A stretch of DNA of 64,000 nt. Origin: Candidatus Moraniibacteriota bacterium (GTDB taxonomy: Bacteria > Patescibacteriota > Minisyncoccia > Moranbacterales > UBA1568). Numbering within the stretch: the first letter of the stretch is position 1; each line of letters starts with the position of its first letter. Under the pieces are notes generated by a model. That model was not told the DNA's origin and ran no database searches. It saw nothing but the letters and a program-made list of their open reading frames with translations. The position numbers were made by a program, and so were the translations under genes. The stretch lies in the NCBI GenBank assembly GCA_013334575.1, contig JAAXXG010000001.1:143637-207636 (forward strand), read 5' to 3'. Of the stretch, positions 57,505 to 64,000 are shown piece after piece.

Positions 57505-58725
57505 TCAGCAAAAGACGATCCGAACGAAGCCGCGTTTCCCGACTTTGAGCACCTTGCCGTCGTGGAGCTCCTTCGTCAGGACGAGCGTCCCGACTTCGGC
57601 GCGATCGCCATCGATCGACACGCCGCCCTGGGAAATCTTACTCCGTGCCTCAGTCTTGCTTTTCGCGAGGCCGATCCGCGCGATGAACGATTCGAGATTC
57701 TCGTTCGCCCCGTATGTCGGACACCACTCCGGAATCTCCGACGGAATCTCGCGCTTCGAGAACGCCGTCACGAAATATTCCTCCGCGGCCGCGGCCGCCC
57801 CTTCGCCGTGGTACATGCGGACGATCTCCTTCGCGAGCCGCATCTTGGCGTCGCGCGGATTCAGGCTGCCGTCTTTCATGCCGGACTCCATGACCGTCAC
57901 ATCCGCCATCGGTACCCGGGTCGCATGCACGAGGTACGTGACGATCTCCTCATCCGGGATACTCATAAGTTTCCCGAGCATGTCATTGGGCTCGTCGGAA
58001 AGGTTTACGGTGTTTCCCCAGCTCGAACTCATCTTCCGGCCGTCGGTTCCGGGGATAAGGTTCACGGTCAAGACATCCTGCGGTTCCTGGTCGTATCTCG
58101 CCTGGAGCGTCCGGCCGGCGAGGATATTGAATCGCTGGTCGGTGCCGCCAACTTCGACATCAGCCCGTACCTGTACGCTGTCGTACCCCTGCATAAGCGG
58201 ATACAGCACTTCGCGGAGCGAGACCCGCCTCCCCGCGTCGAGCCGCTTCCGGATGTTCTCGCGGGAAATGAACTCGTGAAGAGAGAATGCGTCCGCTTGC
58301 TCGCCGATCTCCTGATACCCGAGATCCCGCAGCCACTCGGCGTTGAAATGCCGCTCGGAAGATTCCATGTCGAGCACCTTGCCGGCCTGCTCGAAGTACG
58401 AACCCATGTTGAACTCGACCGTCGCCTGGTCGAGCATCGGCCGCTCGGATTCCTTGTCGCTGGTATCGCCGATAAGTCCGGTAAAGTTACCGACTATGAA
58501 TACGACCTGACAGCCGAGTTCCTGAAAATCGCGCAATTTGAGAAGCGCGACCGAGCGACCCAGGTGGATATTCGGACTCGTCGGGTCGATACCGAGCTTC
58601 ACACGGAGCCGTTCCCCGGCAAGCAGGCGGCTACGCAGATGGTCGAGACCGATCACCTCGGCGACGCCTCGCGTCAGCAGTTCGTCGATCTTCCGTTCCC
58701 GTTCGTCCATAAAATTCGATATCAT
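57505..58725 (-). CDS. tyrS: Tyrosyl-tRNA synthetase
   Basis: 'GIDPTSPNIHLGRSVAL' (HIGH-like), 'KMSSSWGN' (KMSKS) and a C-terminal S4 domain. The start is ambiguous between 58710, 58725 and the GTG at 58755. Confidence 0.9.
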   Translation of the reverse strand: MISNFMDERERKIDELLTRGVAEVIGLDHLRSRLLAGERLRVKLGIDPTSPNIHLGRSVALLKLRDFQELGCQVVFIVGNFTGLIGDTSDKESERPMLDQATVEFNMGSYFEQAGKVLDMESSERHFNAEWLRDLGYQEIGEQADAFSLHEFISRENIRKRLDAGRRVSLREVLYPLMQGYDSVQVRADVEVGGTDQRFNILAGRTLQARYDQEPQDVLTVNLIPGTDGRKMSSSWGNTVNLSDEPNDMLGKLMSIPDEEIVTYLVHATRVPMADVTVMESGMKDGSLNPRDAKMRLAKEIVRMYHGEGAAAAAEEYFVTAFSKREIPSEIPEWCPTYGANENLESFIARIGLAKSKTEARSKISQGGVSIDGDRAEVGTLVLTKELHDGKVLKVGKRGFVRIVFC

Positions 58726-58853
58726 CCCTGTTATTTTCCGAACCAATTGTATCACGCGAACAAGGATACCCGACCTTGCAGGAACGAAAAGCGGGATTCC
58801 GACTTCAAAAGACCCTGCGTCGCGCTTCCGGCCAGAACTCGGAAACCGAAACC

Positions 58854-59168
58854 CTATTTGATCCCGTACTTACGCTTCATGAGTCGATACTGGTCGTCGG
58901 AGATCATCCGTGCCCTTCGCATCTCCTCGAGCTGCGCCGTTATCTGCCCCTTGTTCTTCTCGAGTTCTTTGGGCTTCATCTTCGACATCGCCTTCTCGGC
59001 CGCCTTTTTCTGCTCCTCCGGACTCATCTTGAGGAACTGCTCCATCGCTAGCCGCTCGTGCCACTTGAGCGTCTTGGGATCCGGCGCACCGGGAATCTCG
59101 GCCAACTTCTCCTCGAAGGTCCTGTCATCTTTTTCGTCGTCCTTCTTCCTGAAAGGATTCTTCAGCAT
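58854..59168 (-). CDS. Hypothetical small Lys/Glu-rich helical protein
   Basis: Start at MLKNPFRKKDDE. ~104 aa. No family recognised. Confidence 0.35.
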   Translation of the reverse strand: MLKNPFRKKDDEKDDRTFEEKLAEIPGAPDPKTLKWHERLAMEQFLKMSPEEQKKAAEKAMSKMKPKELEKNKGQITAQLEEMRRARMISDDQYRLMKRKYGIK

Positions 59169-59222
59169 ACGGATTCTCGGGATACGGATAAAACAAACAT
59201 CGCAACACACCCCTCTTCGAGG

Positions 59223-60119
59223 TTACTTCGTCCGCATTCGATAGCGGGTCACCAAAAGGGCCGACGCGACGAAAATCGAGGAATAGGTCCCGAATCCGAC
59301 GCCGATCAGGAGCGCGACCGCGAACCAGCGGACACCCTCGCCGCCGATCGCCGCGATGACCGCGAGCACGATGAGCACGGTCAGCGAGGTGTTGATGGAG
59401 CGGGACATCGTCTCGTTGACCGATCGGTTGACGACAGTCTCGAAATCCGCTTTCCGCTGCGACCGAAGCAGGTTCTCGCGGATGCGGTCATAAACCACAA
59501 TCGTATCGTTCACCGAATAACCGAGGATGGTCAGAAGCGCGGCAATGAACGGAACGCCGACCTCGACCCCGTACACCTTGCCAAGCACAGCAAAGAAGCC
59601 GGTCGTGATGAGCAGGTCATGTGCCAGGGCGATGACCGCTCCCCAGCCGTATTCCCACGACCCGATCGGATGGGACACCTTCCGGAAGGCAAATGCGATA
59701 TAGGCCGCAATGGCAAGCACTGAGAGTAATGTCCCCCAGACGGCGTTCTTACGGATATCGCCGGACACGGATGCGCCGATGAAGTCCGTTCGGACGACCG
59801 TCAGCCCAGCATCGACCCCGCGCAACGCCTCGAGCACCCTGCCGTTTGCGGAATCGTCGGAGGCAAGGAACCGGATGATCATCCCGTTCTCGCCCGTCAC
59901 CTGGACGGTCAGACTACGAAGGTCGAGCGGACGAAGCGCATCCTGTACCTCGGAGACGGTCGGGATGGGATCCTTCGCGAAGCGGGTTTCGATCAGGGTA
60001 CCGCCCTGGAAATCGAGTCCGAGCCGGAGCCCGAACGTGGCGAGCGCGATTATCGAAAGGACCGCCAGCGTCCCCGAAAACCAGTAGGTATATTTCCTGG
60101 CGCCGATGATGTTGAGCAT
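59223..60119 (-). CDS. secF: Protein translocase subunit SecF
   Basis: 'LGLDFQGGTLIE' and 'ILGYSVNDTIVVYDRIREN', the SecF signature. Start at MLNIIGARKY, 19 nt after the secD stop. Confidence 0.9.
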   Translation of the reverse strand: MLNIIGARKYTYWFSGTLAVLSIIALATFGLRLGLDFQGGTLIETRFAKDPIPTVSEVQDALRPLDLRSLTVQVTGENGMIIRFLASDDSANGRVLEALRGVDAGLTVVRTDFIGASVSGDIRKNAVWGTLLSVLAIAAYIAFAFRKVSHPIGSWEYGWGAVIALAHDLLITTGFFAVLGKVYGVEVGVPFIAALLTILGYSVNDTIVVYDRIRENLLRSQRKADFETVVNRSVNETMSRSINTSLTVLIVLAVIAAIGGEGVRWFAVALLIGVGFGTYSSIFVASALLVTRYRMRTK

Positions 60120-60138
60120 ACGTCGTTGGTCCCGTGGG

Positions 60139-61842
60139 TTATTTCCGTCCCTCCCGTTCCTCATCCGAAAGCCGTTTCGGAATGACGAGAATCGCCTTCC
60201 GCGTCTCGGCCCACGCACCCACCACGAATCGGAGCCATGTATGCACGAGGACGACCGCGGTGAAGAGTGACAAAAGGACGCCAAGCGCGAGGATGACCGC
60301 GAACCCCTTCACGAAACCGGTGCCGAGCATGGTCAGGATGACCGTCGTGATAAGGGTCGAGACGTGCCCGTCACGAATACTCGGCCAGGCCCGACGAAAG
60401 CCTTCCTCGAGCGCCTTCGCGACCGACTTCCCATACGCCAGCTCCTCGCGGGCACGCTCGAAGATAAGCACGTTCGCGTCCACGGCGATCCCGATCGACA
60501 GAATGAAACCCGCGATGCCGGAAAGCGTGAGCGTGATGGGGAACGGCGTGTAGCCGGACAACCGGAAAATCGCGAGCAACATCGCCGAGTAGACGAGGAG
60601 AGCGAACACGGCGCCAAGACCCAGGAACCGGTAATAGAAAACCATGAAGATGGAAACCGCCAACAGGCCGATGAGGCCGGCGAAGACGCTCTGTCGCAGC
60701 GCGCTCTCGCCGAGAGAGGCGTCGATCGATTGCTGCCCCACAAGCGTGATCGGGACCGGAAGTGCCCCCTCGTTCAACCGTCCGACGAGCGTCTTCACCT
60801 CGTCGAGCGTGAAGTTGCCCGTAATCTGTGCCTTTCCTCCGAAGATCTCGTCCTGCACGGTCGGCGCGCTTACCACTTCGCCATCGAGGAAGATCGCGAT
60901 CGGCTTGCCGATATTCCGCTTGGTTATCTCGGCAAAGAGCTGTGAGCCCTCGGTGTCGAACTGCAGTGACACTTGCGGCATACCGAAGCCCTGCCCCTGA
61001 TAATCGACCGCCGCGCTCTTGAGATTCTTCCCGGACAGTCCGGTCGCCTTGTATCTGACCGAATCCGGCAGCATGTCCGCCGATTCCTTGGGGAAGAGGA
61101 TGTGTGCCACATCCACCTCGCGGTCATCGCCCTCGCCCCGCTCGGCAAGCTTCTTGATGATATGCCATCCGTACGGACTTTCGACGAGTTCTGGATATAC
61201 GGCTCCCGACTTGAAATCGTCCTTGAAGACGATATCATCGAATGCCTGGACGTAGGAACCCTTCTTGGCGAATCCGAGATCTCCGCCCTGCCCCTTCGAA
61301 CCGGGATCCTGACTGTACTGCTCGGCAAGTGCCGCGAAATCCTCGCCCTTCCGCGCGCGGTCCAGAACGTCTTCCGCCTGCTTCTTCGCGTCGGCGTTCG
61401 CTGCATCTATCTTGGCAGGAAGCGAGTCGTCCTGCTCGCGAAACTCGAGATACGGCGTCTCTTTGAGCATCTTCTTCGCCTCCTCGATATCCTTCACGCC
61501 GGGAAGCTCGACAATGATGCGATCCTCGGAACCGGACCTCGACAGCTGGATCACCGACTCGCCGACGCCGAACGCGTTCACGCGGCGCTCCACGACCGCC
61601 TTGGCAGCCTCGAGCGCCTCCTGTTTCTTTCCGGCCGGAACCTCGGAGGTATCCGCCGCGTATTCAAGATGGATACCGCCTTGCAGGTCGAGTCCAAGAT
61701 TGATCTTCAAAGACCGCTCGACCGCGGCAGCATCGATACCGGGAAGATACGAAAGTACCTTCGGGTACGCGATAACCCCCGAAACGAGCGCGAGCGCGAG
61801 AACGCCGGCGAACTGCCAGCGGATTTTGTCCTTCTGTTTCAT
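60139..61842 (-). CDS. secD: Protein translocase subunit SecD with an inserted parvulin-type PPIase domain
   Basis: The SecD TM core 'VDANVLIFERARE' and 'GLDLQGG' are present. Residues ~170-270 carry the PpiC signature 'EDFAALAEQYSQDPGSKGQGGDLGF...VQAFDDIVF...SPYGWHIIKKL' inside the periplasmic P1 domain. Confidence 0.9.
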   Translation of the reverse strand: MKQKDKIRWQFAGVLALALVSGVIAYPKVLSYLPGIDAAAVERSLKINLGLDLQGGIHLEYAADTSEVPAGKKQEALEAAKAVVERRVNAFGVGESVIQLSRSGSEDRIIVELPGVKDIEEAKKMLKETPYLEFREQDDSLPAKIDAANADAKKQAEDVLDRARKGEDFAALAEQYSQDPGSKGQGGDLGFAKKGSYVQAFDDIVFKDDFKSGAVYPELVESPYGWHIIKKLAERGEGDDREVDVAHILFPKESADMLPDSVRYKATGLSGKNLKSAAVDYQGQGFGMPQVSLQFDTEGSQLFAEITKRNIGKPIAIFLDGEVVSAPTVQDEIFGGKAQITGNFTLDEVKTLVGRLNEGALPVPITLVGQQSIDASLGESALRQSVFAGLIGLLAVSIFMVFYYRFLGLGAVFALLVYSAMLLAIFRLSGYTPFPITLTLSGIAGFILSIGIAVDANVLIFERAREELAYGKSVAKALEEGFRRAWPSIRDGHVSTLITTVILTMLGTGFVKGFAVILALGVLLSLFTAVVLVHTWLRFVVGAWAETRKAILVIPKRLSDEEREGRK

Positions 61843-62054
61843 GGCAGGAATGCTAATAACGGCAGTATATCGGCATTTTTCCTTCTTGGGAAGGGTTGAC
61901 AGATATATATTTTATAATCCTTATATCATATCGGCCAAATCATCCGGAATCTAATTAACATGATGAGGTCCAAAATATACGCGTTAAATCCAAAAAAAAG
62001 AAGCGTTCTTTAAAAGAGCGCCCACTCAGGAAAAACTCAGTGCGAAATCGCACG

Positions 62055-62085
62055 AAAAAACTTCCCGCTGTGCAGGTGCGGCTTT
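62055..62085 (-). terminator. Terminator candidate after the ABC-F gene
   Basis: On the minus strand CCGC-(9 nt)-GCGG followed by GAAGTTTTTT. A second hairpin GTGCGA-aat-TCGCAC at 62040-54 has a weaker U tract. Confidence 0.35.
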
Positions 62086-62103
62086 TTTACGTTTTTCCAG
62101 GTA

Positions 62104-63762
62104 TCACACTTTCCGTGTCTCCTTCTCGAGATATTCGAGATAGCCTTTCTCGACAGATACCTTCCCCGCTTCGACGGAGCGGACCTGGTCGAATTCGAGC
62201 GTCGAGAGAAATGCCCGATCGTGCGAGACGAGGATGACCGTCCCCGGAAACAGCCGAAGCGCGTCGGCCAGAGCCTCCACCGCCTCGAGATCAAGATGAT
62301 TCGTCGGTTCGTCGAGCACGAGTACCGGGACCTTCTTCGCCGTAAGGAAAGCAAGCGAAAGCCGCATGCGTTCACCGGGAGAGAGTTCACCCATCGGAAA
62401 GGAAAGCTCGTCCGTAGTGAGAAGGAATTTCCCGAGGAACCGGGAAACCTCCGCCGGCTCGGTAATCGGCGTCGACCCGACAAACCATTCGATCGCGGTC
62501 AGGTCCTTCGGTATCCGGTCGTTCTCCTGTGACAGGATCCCGAACGATACCCCTTCGCCGACCTCGCGTGTCCCGGAACGCAGCGGAAGTTCTCCGGTAA
62601 CCATCCTGAGTACCGTCGACTTACCGGCGCCGTTGCGACCGAACAGGCCGACATGCGACCCGTACGGGATATCCATATCGACCGGACCCGCGACAAACCC
62701 GTCGTATCCTGCCGTCGCACCCGAGAGCGCGATACCGCGGTCCTCCCCGGAGTCCGCCTCGAAAAAGATGGCGAGCGGATCGCGGATCGCCGAGACCTTC
62801 ACGCGCCGGACCTTCTCGGCACGGGTCGTCAACGCCTTAGCCGCCGCGCCGAACTTCCGCTCCGCGCGATCACGATGATACCCCTGCGACATGCGGTCCT
62901 TGTCCGGCATCTTCTGTTCGCCGCCGATCCGCGCCCACTCCCGCTTCTCGTCCGCGGTCTCATACAGTCTCACCCGTTCATCCTCCATCCGCGACTGCTC
63001 CTCCCGAAGTCGACGGAGTTCCTCCGCCTTCTCCTTGAAATAGGTCGAGTAGTTCCCGGACCACATACGCGTCGTCCGGAAGTGCCAGTCGATCTCGAGC
63101 ACCTTCTCGACGACCGCGTCGAGGAACATGCGGTCGTGCGACGCGACGATGACCGCCGAAGCGCTCTCCCGCAGGTACGACTCAAGCCAAAGAATACCGG
63201 GGAGATCGAGATCGTTCGTCGGTTCGTCGAGCAGCAGGAGGTCTGCCTCGGACAGGAGCGCCGCCGCGAGCGCGGCACGCCGACGTTCGCCGCCACTCAT
63301 TTCCGACAGGGTCCGATCAGGGGGCATATGCCCCAGTCCCACCCCTTCTATCGCCCGTTCCGCCTTGCGATCGAAGGTATATCCTTCCATCCGGTCGTAC
63401 CGCTCGCGCAGCTCACCATACCGCTCGAGATTTACGGGATCGTCGAGATGCGGTTCGAGACGCGACATCTCGGACTCGAGCTCCGCGATACCCGAAGCGC
63501 GACGCAGATAGCCGGAAAGCGTATCGTCGGTCGCGTCCTGCGGGAGTTCCTGTGGCAGGTACGAGACGGTCATCCGCCGTTCGCGAACCACCTCGCCACG
63601 GTCTTCCTTCTCCTCGCCCGCGAGTATCCGCAGAAGCGTCGACTTCCCGACACCGTTGCACCCTACGAGCGCGATTCTCTGCCCCCGGGCGACCGAAAAG
63701 TCCGCCCCGAGAAGAACCCGGACGGGACCGTACCGCTTGAAGATGTTTCGGACAGTAAGCAT
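62104..63762 (-). CDS. ABC-F family ATPase (tandem ABC domains, no TM; translation-associated)
   Basis: Two Walker A motifs 'GCNGVGKST' and 'GRNGAGKST', two signature motifs 'LSGGERRR' and 'LSPGERMR', and an inter-domain linker. Start trimmed to MLTVRNIFKRY. Confidence 0.9.
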   Translation of the reverse strand: MLTVRNIFKRYGPVRVLLGADFSVARGQRIALVGCNGVGKSTLLRILAGEEKEDRGEVVRERRMTVSYLPQELPQDATDDTLSGYLRRASGIAELESEMSRLEPHLDDPVNLERYGELRERYDRMEGYTFDRKAERAIEGVGLGHMPPDRTLSEMSGGERRRAALAAALLSEADLLLLDEPTNDLDLPGILWLESYLRESASAVIVASHDRMFLDAVVEKVLEIDWHFRTTRMWSGNYSTYFKEKAEELRRLREEQSRMEDERVRLYETADEKREWARIGGEQKMPDKDRMSQGYHRDRAERKFGAAAKALTTRAEKVRRVKVSAIRDPLAIFFEADSGEDRGIALSGATAGYDGFVAGPVDMDIPYGSHVGLFGRNGAGKSTVLRMVTGELPLRSGTREVGEGVSFGILSQENDRIPKDLTAIEWFVGSTPITEPAEVSRFLGKFLLTTDELSFPMGELSPGERMRLSLAFLTAKKVPVLVLDEPTNHLDLEAVEALADALRLFPGTVILVSHDRAFLSTLEFDQVRSVEAGKVSVEKGYLEYLEKETRKV

Positions 63763-63864
63763 GGCTTCCGGATAAAAAAAGATGCGCTCCGCATCGTGCG
63801 ACAGACCGAAAACAGCCAGTCCGTCACACCCCACCAGTCACTGATCGCACGTCGTCGAATCAGA

Positions 63865-64000
63865 CTATCGGAGTCCGGCCTCGATCTCCGGCCAACGGGC
63901 CTCAAGGTCGGCCTCGACGGTCGAAAGATCCTCGTTCACATCGAACCCGCCTTCGCCGAGCCGTTCCTGAACGAGCTCCTGAACGAGCTCGCGATACTCG
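63865..64000 (-). CDS. C-terminal fragment of an unknown protein; the gene starts beyond the window end
   Basis: The reverse frame is open to the window end and terminates with TAG at 63865-67 (…EADLEARWPEIEAGLR*). Confidence 0.35.
   Translation of the reverse strand, partial: EYRELVQELVQERLGEGGFDVNEDLSTVEADLEARWPEIEAGLR

Noticed and set aside
60973-61899. 308-aa plus-strand ORF
   Set aside because: It is antisense to secD, a confident call with SecD core motifs plus a parvulin domain.

Overview
This is a high-GC (~60%) bacterial chromosomal window dominated by cell-envelope glycan biosynthesis. Housekeeping genes called from motifs are cysS, dnaB, recR, tyrS, secD, secF, queH, an ABC-F ATPase and an RNase P RNA gene (rnpB) that the ORF track does not show.

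The glycan content comes in three blocks:
- A native high-GC block with six GT-C (ArnT/PMT-like) membrane glycosyltransferase paralogs, a DUF2142 protein, polyprenol-phosphate GT2 enzymes, ugd, galE, GtrA, an FAD oxidoreductase, GT4 enzymes and a metallophosphoesterase.
- A compositionally distinct low-GC cassette at about 26.6-35.3 kb carrying gmd, fcl, four glycosyltransferases, an FkbM methyltransferase and the 3' portion of a chimeric wzt ABC ATPase gene whose 5' portion is native high-GC DNA.
- A Wzy-type block with wbaP, a Wzz-like protein and a GT4.

Observations worth a second look:
- A 1,176-aa secreted alpha/beta-hydrolase-like surface protein followed by two tandem small membrane-protein paralogs that share a 148-bp near-identical repeat.
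- An orphan small RNA candidate with a consensus promoter and an intrinsic terminator.
- A two-gene His/Cys-rich operon of unknown function.
- SecD carrying an inserted parvulin (PpiC-type) domain.
- A 30-bp perfect palindrome operator candidate.
- A block of four hypothetical genes, one with a non-ATG start.

I found no CRISPR array, rRNA or tRNA. Coordinates derived from ORF offsets may be off by 1-3 nt.
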